NCBI GenBank assembly: GCA_028534125.1
Contig: CM052816.1
Span: 29,080,001-29,144,000 of the forward strand
Reading direction: 5' to 3'
DNA length: 64,000 bases
DNA from: Lama glama
Lineage: Eukaryota
In this document: positions 52,975 to 64,000 of the stretch, piece by piece
Layout of the letters: every line of letters starts with the position of its first letter
Position numbering within the stretch: the first letter of the stretch is position 1
The notes under the pieces: model-generated
The model's database searches: none
What the model saw: the letters and a program-made list of their open reading frames with translations, nothing else
Told to the model about the DNA's origin: nothing
Made by a program: the position numbers and the translations under genes

Positions 52975-53165
52975 TTGCTAAGACAAAATCTTAACAATTC
53001 TCATTACACACAGAAAAAGTTTTATCTAGGTGAGGGAGTGGATGCATTAACTAACTTGTGGTAATCATTTCACAATTTATGTGTATTTCAAACCATCACG
53101 TTTACAGACTAAACTCACACAATGTTATATGTCAACTTTATTTCAATAAACCTGGAAAAAATAAC
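52975..53165 (+). mobile_element. L1MA-type 3' end
   Basis: 'ggtaatcatttcacaatttatgtgtatttcaaaccatcacg...tgttatatgtcaactttatttcaataaacctggaaaaa'. Confidence 0.85.
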
Positions 53166-53417
53166 AACAAATGACTACCTACTAATCCATCATTTAACTA
53201 TATTGTAGTTTATTTTACCTTACTTCTCTTTTCAGGAGATTTTATATTTTTTAGATGCTTACTATTGCTAATAACTCTAATAAATAATCCTACATTTATA
53301 TCTCTGTATCTCTGACTATTTCATCAAGGTAAATTCCTGACTGAGCTAGAAAAAAATTAATTTAAAATTTAAATATTAATTAATTACAATTGTTTTGTAG
53401 AAAAACTAACATCTTTA

Positions 53418-54132
53418 TTGAAGTATAGTTGATTTAAAATGTGTTAGTTTCTGGTGTACAACAAAGATACTCAGTTTTACATATATGTATGTGTATATAT
53501 ATATGTATATATATATATATATATATGTTATATTTCATATTCTTTTCCATTATGGTTTATTATAGGATATTGAATATAGTCCCCTGTGCTACACAATAGG
53601 ACCTTCTTGTTTATCTATTTTATAAATAGTAGTTGGTATCTGCTAATCTCAAACTCCTAATTTATCCCTCCCCAACCCTTCCCTCTTTAGTAACCGTAAG
53701 TTTGTTTTCTGTGTCTGTGAGTCTGTTTCTGTTTTGTAAATAAGTTCATTTGTATCATATTTTAGATTCTACATATAAGTGATATCATATGACATTTTTC
53801 TTTCTCTTTCTGGCTTACTTCACTTAGTATGATAATCTCTAGGTCCAACCGTGCTGCTGCAAATGGCATTATTTCATTCTTTTTTATGGCTGAGTAGTGT
53901 TCCATTGTATGTATATATACCACATCTTCTTTATCCAATCATTTGTCAATGGACATTTAGGTTGCTTCTCTGTCTTGGCTATTGTTTATAGTACTGCTCA
54001 GAATATTGGGATATATGTATCTTTTCAAATTAGAGTTTTTTCCAGATACATGCCCAGGAGTGGGATTGCTAGATCATATGGTAAGTCAATTTTTAGCTTT
54101 TTAAGGAACTTCCATACTGTCCTCCTATAGAG
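53418..54132 (-). mobile_element. Cetartiodactyl-type L1 3' end with (TA)n
   Basis: 'ttgaagtatagttgattta...ttgaatatagtcccctgtgctaca...gcccaggagtgggattgctagatcatatgg'; candidate 8-bp TSD 'catcttta' at 53410-53417 and 54133-54140. Confidence 0.9.
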
Positions 54133-55394
54133 CATCTTTAAAATAATATTAAATGCTTCTTTTCCCTATACCTATAGGTATACTATTTGTAAATATTTTA
54201 TACTCATTTTACATATAATCTGTAAGCTCTAAGAATAAAAGTGTTTGAGTTGCATGATTCATCTTATGGGACAAAGAAGATCTTGCAAGTTTAGCTACAC
54301 AGAATGGTATGTAACAAACAAGGATTACATCATACTATGAATCTAACGAGTTGAGTTTGGGATAAATTACAGAATTTTCTTTCTGCACCAAGCAATCTTC
54401 CCCAAACCTAGCTGTTATTTATGTTCATTCTGTCCTTATTTTCTATTCATTTAATGGTAAGTTACCAGGTTATCTGAAAGTAATAATAAACTAACTTCTC
54501 TTTTGATTCTTCTTAAGGCAATTAAAAAAATTAGTTTGGTAAATATACGTAAAAGAGTGCCCCTCTGCCACTCTGAAGTAATTTTTATATTATTACTTCC
54601 CCTCTTCTCATTCCCCCAATCAAAACAGTATCCTCATCTTTCCATAAACCACGACCACTTTAACAGCATCTCCTTTATTTTCCATGAATGTCATGAGCAT
54701 CAACTATAGTGATATGTCAGTGAACAACAGAAACATTAGGCCCTTAACCCACTATGGCAGAAAAGGCACTTACTGTCAAAAATATGATACATTTCAAATT
54801 GGAAGGTAGCCCTCTCCACCCCTCCAATCCATACTTGCTCTGAATCCTGCTTGAATTTAAAATCTGCATCACCCCTGGGATGTACCGGATTCTGATATAT
54901 AACAAGTCAAACTCTCTAAAAGGGATTAAAGACATAAGAAGGCATGTGTACACCACAATTAAACAACTATTTCACAAAGCTATGGAGCATAGAGAACTGG
55001 TTATTTTAAGAAAAGGATGGATACTGCAGGATCAGGATGAAAGGTCAATGAAAGTGATTTTCCCCAAGGAGGATCCATTGATGCTAAGCAGTATATTAAG
55101 CAGAATATCTGTTTGTCAGTCTGTAGCTAGAAACCAGCCAGCCTAGTACATGTCTACTGATCAGCTCCCCTCTCCAACAAGAGTATTCTCGGTGAACACA
55201 CAGTTGGTGCAAAAGGAACTACGTAGATTGGATGATTACAGGGACACAAGAATCACCAGTCTGTGTTTCCACCTCCACTGCAAGAAATACCCACAGAGTC
55301 AACTATTAAATGATCTCTTTTCTGTGGGATCTCAGCTAAAGGAAAATTTGAGTACTTCTTATCCAGTGAACACATCTACCCAAAGTGTACAGTT

Positions 55395-56185
55395 TTGAGA
55401 CCATAAAAAATCAAGTTACAATTAACAATGAATTGTATTTTAAGTATACAGCTTGATGTGTCTGATAATTTTATTAGCCCATATAATCTCCACTTCAATC
55501 AAGAGAAGGATTTCATCATTGGTAAAAGTTTTCTCATGCCCTTTCCGGTTTATTGCCCTTCCCACACAGACGCAATCATTATTCTGTTTTCTATCACCTT
55601 GAACCTCATGTATATAGAACGATACTTATGTCCTCTTTGTGTCTGATTGCTTTTTCTCACCTTAACATTTTTGAGATACATCTAGTTTGTTGCTTTTATC
55701 AGTAGTTTATTTCCTTTTATTGCTAAATAATATTCTACTTTATGGGTATACATCATAATTTCTTCACCCATTTTTCTGTTGATGAACACTGGCTTTGCTG
55801 CCAATTTTTGGTTATTATGAATAAAGCTTTTAAGAATATTCTTGTACAAGTCTTTTGTAGATAAATGATTTTGTTTCTATCGAGTAATTCTTAGAAATGG
55901 AATTGCTGGACCATAAAGGAGGTGTATATTTAACTTTATAAGCAACTGTCAAACAGTTTTCCAGAAGAGTTGTGCAAATTTGCACTCCTACCAGCAGTGT
56001 ATGAGATTTCCAGCGGTCCCATATCTTTACCAATATTTGGCATTATCAGTCATTTTAATTTTAGCCATTCCAGTGAGTATATTGTGATAACTTAGTGTGG
56101 TTCATCATTTGCATTTCCCTGATCACTACTGATGTAGAGCCCCTTTCCAGGTGAGTATTGGCCATTCTTATATCTTCTTTTAAGA
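55395..56185 (-). mobile_element. L1MB/ME-type 3' fragment
   Basis: 'agaaatggaattgctggaccataa...tttgcactcctaccagcagtgtatgag...tttgcatttccctgatcactactgatg'. Confidence 0.85.
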
Positions 56186-56859
56186 TTAGTTTTCAATATA
56201 AATCATTAAAAGTTTTTCATAGATGATCTACAATCTTTCTTTAGAATATATGGTCCTGAACACTTTGTCCTCAGTGTCAGAATCCAAATTACAATGAAAG
56301 CCATGAAAAAATAGTACTCAGCATTCTGCTACACCTCAGTTAGCTTCTTTGACTAATCAAAATTCATCCCTAGTGCTGCGAAGAGCCAGCCTTTCCAGAG
56401 CCCGTGGCCACCAAGACTGGAACAAAATGAGAGTCTGGTAGCAAAGAAGAAGGATGAAAGGGAGGGTTGGGTAGGCAGCCGGGAGTGTCTACCACAGGGA
56501 AGGGTTTACTGGTGGCTTTGAAAGAAAACTCTCCTCTAGACAAACTGAACTAGAACACAGAACTCTCCAAGCCAATTCCTAATCATATTTAGTAGCCAAA
56601 TTATAAATAGCCTTAGTCATGTGTAAAATCAACATTTAGTGCACAGACATAGAAAGAAGTCTGTTACTCTACGCATCTCTTCCTGACTTTTTGGCCTTCT
56701 TCTGCTTTTTCCCCCTTTAAATTCTTTTAACTTTCCACAGTTTAAGATGGAAGAGGAAAAGGAAAAAGAAAAAGGAGAAGCTTCTGACAAGTCTGTGTTA
56801 TCTGTGAAACATCAGTTCTTATCTATCAGAGATCATAAAAAGCAAGAAGCCACTGTAAG

Positions 56860-57425
56860 TAAAACAAGCAAGGGAAAAGTAACATGTTCCAATCCAAAGT
56901 CAGCAGCAGAAAAGAGAACCAGAAGCCAGGAAGTCAACCATGGGGGGGTATCCCCTTCTCCCCTTCCAGACACACTCTTCACTCTTCTCTCCTACTTTTT
57001 CTCCCCAGCAAGCTGATCTCTACTGACAATAACACCTGGGCCCCTTGCTCTCTGGCTTCCACATTGGTTTGCTGATGGTTGGCACTGGCAGGAGATGGAG
57101 GGTGGGAGAAGGATGAGGTCAGGGAACTGACTCCCCTGCACCCTCCCTGGTGTTGCTTGTCTGTGGCTATGTTCTCATCCCCAGGGTGGTGACTCATCAC
57201 ATGGACCCCCTCTCATAACTCCAACTTTCCCCACCATCTCATAACTACCATCTCCCTTTGTCCCGACAGGTCCTGGTGTAGCATGCTTCACCAAAGAACA
57301 CTTCACCAGTCTTTGTCAGTTCCCTTAAGCCTACTGACACCATTGAGAATTTCCCCTTTACCAAACTTCTTTTTTACTTACTTCTATAAATTCGCCACCT
57401 GTTTGCAGCATGGACTCTAAGTGGT
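56860..57425. mobile_element. Old ERVL-type LTR (LTR33-like)
   Basis: 'ttgtcagttcccttaagcctactgacaccattg...gccacctgtttgcagcatggactctaagtggtac'. Confidence 0.5.
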
Positions 57426-57863
57426 ACCTCAAGTCACAAGTTAAGAAGAAGCACATATCTGAATCAGGATGGATAAAAATACTGAATGCAAGGCAAAAAA
57501 ATAGTCAAGTTACCAGAAATCTGAGTGCCAAGCTAAAACCTGATTCTGATACAAGATGTAATTAAATAAGAAACCTCTTCTACACTTTTCTAAGACAAAC
57601 TGATGCCATCAAAGTAATGGGAGAGAAAGGCAGTGAACTGTGACAAAAAAAAAGAAAAAACAAAACACATGTACAAGGGATTGGTCACAGGTCAGAAACA
57701 AAGTAAAGGAAAACTTAATTCTACTGATCTTCCTTCCACTCACTCTTCTTTCTTCCAAGTCTTCCAGTCTCTATCCTCTGACTTTCCCCCATTGTACAAT
57801 TTTATCCACTCTTCTTAAGCCTTCAACTATCACATCCAGGCAGAATAATGCAAAAGTCTTTTT

Positions 57864-58002
57864 GAAGTTTACAATGGTGGGTCAATTTTTGGTATACAGC
57901 ATAATGCTTCAGTCATACATGAACATACATATATTTGTTGTCATTTTCTTTTTCACTATAAGTTACTATAAGATATTGTGCTATGTAGTATAAACTTGTT
58001 GC
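57864..58002 (-). mobile_element. Short young camelid-type L1 3' end with TSD
   Basis: 'ggtatacagcataatgcttcagtcatacatgaacatac' is the reverse complement of the family at 2810-3010; perfect 13-bp TSD 'caaaagtcttttt' at 57851-57863 and 58003-58015. Confidence 0.88.
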
Positions 58003-58029
58003 CAAAAGTCTTTTTCTAACCTAAACTTT

Positions 58030-58780
58030 ATTCTTCAGTTACAGCCCCAACTGCTTGAATATTCCCCAGAAACTCAGAAATAATTCATCCCAGACTTACC
58101 ATATCTTCATCCTACCACAGTAACTGGAAACTCCCCCTGACTTGCTTATTCATACTAGGGGCATCAGCTGTCTCCTATTCCACCATGCTAACTACTCCAG
58201 GCATCTTTTTAGTAGCTTCTCCCACAACCCCCGTATCTAAGCCTGTTGCCAGAGAATCCAGATTGTGAGTCATTTTGTAAATTCTCATGTGGGCTTCCAT
58301 CCTCCTTGCCAGCCTTGTCTCCCACCTTCTCTTCATGATTATCATCCTATTCTTGGAACTTAATGCATGCCTTGCCTCTACATTATTTACTCTAATAGAA
58401 ATACCTTTTACCAAATAATCCTGTCTGTTAAAAAGGAAAAGTTTTTAGCATATGTGTCAAGTGCCACTTCCTTCAAAAACTTTCCACTTTTCTTTTCCCC
58501 AGTTAAATACCTTCTTCTTAATAATTGACTTACACACTACTCTAATAAACGTGTACTCTAGTATGTATTAAAATCATGTATTGTACACTATAATCATGTC
58601 CTATTATGTATTATCCTGTTTGTATAACTATTTTATATTGTAATAATGTATTATGCATTATACTCATCCTTATAAAGTATAGAAATATCTCTGATACTAA
58701 ATTTCAATTGTTTGAAAGCAGGACAGGTCCTATTTGTTTTATGCTCTGCAGTGTATGTCTTCAGTAAATAATTTCTGAAT
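58030..58780 (+). mobile_element. Decayed L2 fragments
   Basis: 'gtcaagtgccacttccttcaaaaactttcc', 'gaaagcaggacaggtcctatttg...cagtaaataatttctgaat'. Confidence 0.5.
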
Positions 58781-59559
58781 TGTCTTGAGTTGTGCTGGAT
58801 TTTCTGGTATGCATATCAAATTTTCAGGCAAAATTATTTCTAAAACTAAACAAAGACTATCAAAAATCCAAAAGCTGTGCATTATATATCCTTCTACATC
58901 CGAGCACAGAGGCACATTTCTCACCACTTAGAAAATAACTAAAGAAAACTAGAATAATTTCACAAAAAATATTTAACTTTGAAATATCAACCAAGTCAAT
59001 CCCTGTAAAAGTGACAAGTTTGTGTCTATAGTTCAAGTTAAAAGGATCTGGTAACACTCCACTTTTCTCTCCCAGACAAATTAAATCATTCTGAATAAGC
59101 ATGCAGTACTTTCTTAGCTAAATGAAACCACTTGTGCCTGCATTGCAATTTTACTGATTGGCACACATATGAAACAGAGACTGAAAAACAAATGTTTTGC
59201 AAGGATGTTTACTGTTTGCACAAAAACACCCACTCTTACTAAGAATGCATAATTTGGACCTAAAAGTTTCCCCTAGAAAACTTTGAAAAATGCTTTCATT
59301 TAATCAATCTTCCTACATATTTTTCTAATTACTTGGGACAGCTGCATGAAAATATGTTCTCTAATTTAGCTATTCATCTCCTTAATAACCATAACTGAGT
59401 ATTAGCATTATAATTTCCTGAATAATGTTCATTAGATTCTCCGCTAATGACGTCAACGCCTGTTTTATATTTTTCCTGAAGCCCTCACTCCCTTAAGGAC
59501 CATCCTCCATCTTGCTATTGTTTGTAACCATATGCAGTGGAACTCTTGTTTGTTTCCTT

Positions 59560-60108
59560 TTCAGTTTTGCTTTGTTTGCCTATCCTATTCATAGCTCATT
59601 CTTCTGTTATCAAGTCCCAGTTTTCTTTTGGGCAAACTCCCTTCCCCACACCCTCAGTCCTTGTGGTCTGGGTTAGTGAAAAAGACTCCACCCTAAGCTC
59701 TAAAAACCTGCTAAGTTAGATCACTGTATCACCTGACTGTAGTGTTCAATTCACAAAGGAATAACGAACCAAGGAATAATTCACAAGAATCAGGCTGGAG
59801 TCCGGTGGAAACCCTTAGAAAAGGTGCTCTCTTTCTACTAGGGTTGGTAAACAGACAGAATATAACTTAGATGCTTCTGGAGGGGAGCCTACCTGTAGAG
59901 GAAACAAAAAAGCAGAACAAGAGGTGGAGAAACAAGAGATTTCTGGCACAACTCCTTGTTTACCTGCATTCAGAGATAACTTCTCTGGATTTTTAATTAT
60001 GTAGGCCAGTACTTTTCTAATTCAGCAAATTTGTAAGTTAATAAATACTCTCCTTTTTGTGATTAAATTAGTTTGAATTGCTTTTCTGTCCCTTGCCAGT
60101 GAAAAGAT
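59560..60108 (+). mobile_element. Old MLT1-type MaLR LTR
   Basis: End 'aataaatactctcctttttg...tagtttgaattgcttttctgtcccttgccagtgaaaaga'. Confidence 0.6.
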
Positions 60109-60924
60109 TTGTACCTGGTATGCCATGGAGCACTGCATGCTCTTCAACTGCCTTCCTTTCTGCCCAAAGACCCGTGTTGCCCTGGCCTCCTCTCTGCTCT
60201 GCAGCTGTCACAAGGAAGTCTCTTTCAGGGGCCAATACACAACCTTAATTTACAAAGTCAAGAAACACTTTTGGGCTTTATTCTAATTTCCCTCTACATT
60301 TCTCTACCTACCAGTGCGCTGTGCAGTGTCATTTTTAAAATGTTCATTTACTGCTCCATCCCTGAATGCAATTCAATTCCTTCTGCTTCTTTCATATTTC
60401 CCAAAACAGGCTTTAAAGTTTTAAATTATTTCAAATAGTCAGAAACACAGTAAAACATAGAAATAATTCACAACAGACATTTAAATGAATAAGGTCACTA
60501 ATGAGGGCTTTGAGATACATATTCCATAAACTGGTGATCCTGAAATAGACAAAGTGGCCAGTATATATTGAGGAGCATTTAGAAGGCCCCCACTGCACCA
60601 CCTCATTGCTTATCCTACTTCCTGTGAAATCATCATTAATAATTTCACCATTTGAGTTTTTTTAAAAAGTGAGCTGGGCAATGGTGACATTGCCCATGTT
60701 TTGCACACTAAAAATCTATATTTATGGCATGCTATCCATGATTCTATCCATGGGAAAAAACAGAAAAGAAAATATGAAAGTGTAAGTATCCTAGAAAATC
60801 CACTCCTGTTGGACTTCAAAAGATACCACCATTCAGTTCCATGTTGCACATGAATAAAACTTTCATTTTGCATGACTAACATACCTTTAGAAGACCTCAA
60901 TTTTTCTACTAGAAGTTATAAAAA

Positions 60925-62131
60925 ACTGGAATAGGACTTGAAATAAATTGCTCTGCCTTGCTCAAAAAAACCCAGAACTGATGTGTGTAAATTTTCCAAG
61001 CTTCATTTTCTTCATCAAGTTTGTTGACAAGGGACATTATATTATTTCTGATTTTTATCTCACTATTCAGAAAGGATGATCGAAGTGGCCTTAATAATAG
61101 ATCAGTCTCATTAATAAAACTTCTGCTCTACTCCAATTTACATGAACTTCATTATGAAAAGTAATTGGCCACACTTCTGCTCTACTCCAATTTACATGAA
61201 CTTCATTATGAAAAGTAATTGGTTCACTGATTGTGGGAGTCAGTGAACACTGAATACAAAAGCTCAGGGAGATTTAAGAGGAAGGCCCGATTCAAGGTTA
61301 TGTATGTTGTAAAAAAAATAAATAAAAAAGCTGAGTGGTCCTCAGAGTGGGGGAAAATAAAGTTGGGTCTATTTAAAAATCACTCAACCTGAAATTAAGC
61401 TTTAAATTTCGAATAAATAAATGTCTTGCTGGACAGAAAAATCTAGGGCCCCAAACCCAATGGACACAAGAAAATAATTTTGTGACCATGTTACTGTCAG
61501 ACATCAATGTCATAGTAATTGAAACCTGGTTACTGGCTGATTTGACTCTCCCTCCTCTTGTATCACCTTGTTCCAATCATGCATCTAAGGTGACTGTCAG
61601 AGCTGGGGAGTGATGACAAGGGCCCCCATCGCATCTGTGATACACAGTTAAAGATTTTCATTTCATGTGCAATATTGAACAGATCTTTTAAGTGAATGAA
61701 ATCACTGGAGATCTCAGCTTCCATACAACATTCCTGAAGGCCAGTTGGGAGGGGGCTGGGCTACAAATTTTGAAGGAGCAAAGGATAAGATTATAAGATA
61801 ATACTAGTACTTCATCGTCCCCAATTGTATTACTGAAAAGAGATGGCGAACAACCTTCAGAATTCCCTCTAGTTGAGAGCGTACAAATCAGAAAGCTGTA
61901 TGCACTCTTTTGCTTATGTAAATTGGAGTAGAGCAGACGTTTTATTAATGAGACTGATCTATTATTAAGGCTGCTTCGATCATCCTTTCTGAATAGTAAG
62001 ATAAAAGTCAGAAATAATATAATGTCCCTTGTCAACAGGTTTGATGAAGAAAATGAAGCTTGGAAAATTTACACACATCATTTTTTTTTTTTGAGCAAGG
62101 CAGAGCAATTTATTTCAGGTCATATTCCAGT
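60925..62131. repeat. Long inverted repeat: arms 60925-61143 and 61916-62131, 772-bp spacer
   Basis: Manual alignment of the left arm to the reverse complement of the right arm gives 10 substitutions plus one altered A-tract over ~217 bp. Confidence 0.95.
61119..61222 (+). repeat. Perfect 50-bp tandem duplication with 4-bp spacer
   Basis: 'acttctgctctactccaatttacatgaacttcattatgaaaagtaattgg' at 61119-61168 and 61173-61222, separated by 'ccac'. Confidence 0.95.
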
Positions 62132-63733
62132 AGTAAGGCTCAGTGATGTACGTTTTGCCCTCATATTCTGAGACTGGAAATTGAGAAATTTGCATATATC
62201 AGGTATTATAATCAGGACAGATTCTGAAGCTATTAAGAAGGTCTAGGAACTCAGGGTTCCACATTTACATATGTGTGTATAACTATTTTTATATATGCAT
62301 GCAGATTATTCAAATCTGACCAAAAATAACACTTTGTAGAAGGCTCTCTCTTCCAACAATCCAAATTCTATCCAATCCTAAATCCCTGTTCAAGGTCTAC
62401 CTTCTCTGTGGTCTTCCCTAATAAATCCAGCCCACACTCTTCCTCCTCTCTCAAATCTAACTTCTACCACCATCACACATTCACTGAGTACTTACTGAAG
62501 TGCAGGACCTTATTCCTGAAGTCATCAGGCTGTTTCTTAGCTTGAAATAGTTTAAAGCTAGCTGTGAAGACAAGATGCAGACACGACAAAGTGTAAACAA
62601 CAGCCCACAGTTACTGTGGCTCACGGGGCAAGTGAACACAGAATGTGGAGGAGGATGGGCTCCCAATAGCTGGGTCAGGCAGAGGCAGGAAGAGTTTATG
62701 AAGGAGGCAAGTTCAAGTTTGTTCTTGAAGAAAGGTCCCTCTCATAAGGCCAGAGTGAAAGAGGAAGTCCTGGCAGCATGAACAAGATGTGGAGGCAGAG
62801 ATGGACCAACCTAGGACAGACGGGAAGCCTTAAGGGAAGCTCACATGTTCTCTTCATCTGTGGGTTTATCCATCACTAAAGGTGCAGCACCTGTGCTCCA
62901 GGTCAATCTCACTAACCAAAGAGAGAAAGAAATGCTATAGTGTATACTAAAATAATTTTATTTAGGTAGCATTATGTCAGCTGAGGGGGGCTTAAGAGGG
63001 ATTCGAGGAGGTGAGCTGCCCAACCGGAAAAATGTGCGAGGGGCCTCCAAGCCACAAAACAGACCACACGTGGAGGAGCCCACATGGAGCAAAACAGCAT
63101 TTTATTCTAGTTCAACAAGATGGCATGCGCCCACGTGGCACACTTGTCCTGTTTTTATCTTTTCTGTCCACACATGCATATTGTTCATTTCTTTGTTCAT
63201 AACGCTTACAAAACGCTACTAGTGCATGTGTACATTTACTTCTTTGTTCATAATGCTTACATAACTGGCGCGTGCGTACATCTACTTCTTACCTCATACA
63301 CAGGCGAGTTGTTGTGACCTTTGACCTGGGTCCCACAGCCTACTCACTTAAGGCTGTCGACACATTAGCAAGACAGAAAAAGATGCCAGACTAGTATCCA
63401 CACTGACTGGGGTCCAGTTTTGCTGGCTGTCTAAATTTGGGCCACAAGCTCAATAACAATAAGTCGTTAACTCTCAAATTTGAGGAAGGAGACTTTCATT
63501 TATGAACCATAACACAAACAGTAAAAAAGGGAATAAATTTTCCTTTAAAGTCACAATTGAATTTGAAATCCCCAGCGGGGATGAACTAAAGCAACATAAA
63601 AACATAAATGAGACCTACTCACAAGCGCTAGTTACTTCCTCTTAACCATTAAGGAAAACACGCGTAGATTCACAAAGTTTTATGCTTTGCTAAGAGATAC
63701 TCCGCAGAAACCTGGTTTCCCTTCTAACAGCCC

Positions 63734-63880
63734 AGTGAGTTTCAATCTTGGTTGCATATTAAAAGCACCTGGCAAGTTTTTACCATCCACTGAAAACAGG
63801 GCCCCACCTGATCCACTAACTCAGACTCTTCAGGGGTGGAGCCCAGGCAGATGGATTTCCACAATTAAAAGCCACTGACA
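63734..63880. mobile_element. MER5-type hAT DNA transposon remnant
   Basis: 'cagtgagtttcaatcttggttgcatattaaaagcacctgg...tcagactcttcaggggtggagcccaggc'. Confidence 0.75.
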
Positions 63881-64000
63881 TCTCCCTTCTTCCAACCGCC
63901 AATGGCGTTCCCAGTTTTTCATTCTTAATGGAGGCCACTCAGAGTACCAAGAGCTTTATATATCAAACTCAATCTTACAAAAGTTTTATGACAGAGAATA

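Noticed and set aside
61688..62035. 115-aa minus-strand ORF across the right inverted arm
   Set aside because: Non-ATG start and no recognisable homology. I considered hAT transposase remnants in 60.5-62.1 kb but could not show a motif.

Overview
AT-rich, repeat-dense mammalian DNA with no supportable protein-coding gene; the listed ORFs look like chance ORFs or decayed L1/LTR sequence. The youngest L1 3' ends resemble cetartiodactyl, probably camelid, L1 (recognised from memory), and I saw no Alu, B1, Bov-A/tA or CHR SINEs. The window holds many L1, L2, MIR and LTR (MLT1, MLT2, MER21, MER34/39-like, LTR16/33-like) fragments and a MER5-like piece. Most L1s lie on the + strand and two well-formed splice-site pairs lie on the - strand, which suggests introns of a large minus-strand transcription unit that I could not name. 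The most notable structures are: (1) a ~217-bp, >90% identical inverted duplication at 60.9-62.1 kb with a perfect 50-bp tandem duplication at one junction; (2) a tailless retrocopy of the 5' exon of pre-tRNA-Arg(TCT) with a 17-bp TSD inside an MLT2 LTR; (3) a TSD-flanked, poly(A)-tailed 489-bp insertion resembling an orphan L1 3' transduction; (4) a 5'-intact, 3'-truncated 4-kb L1 with a candidate TSD; (5) a 43-bp templated copy inside a scrambled old L1. Repeat family names are by-eye recognition and boundaries are approximate unless a TSD is quoted.
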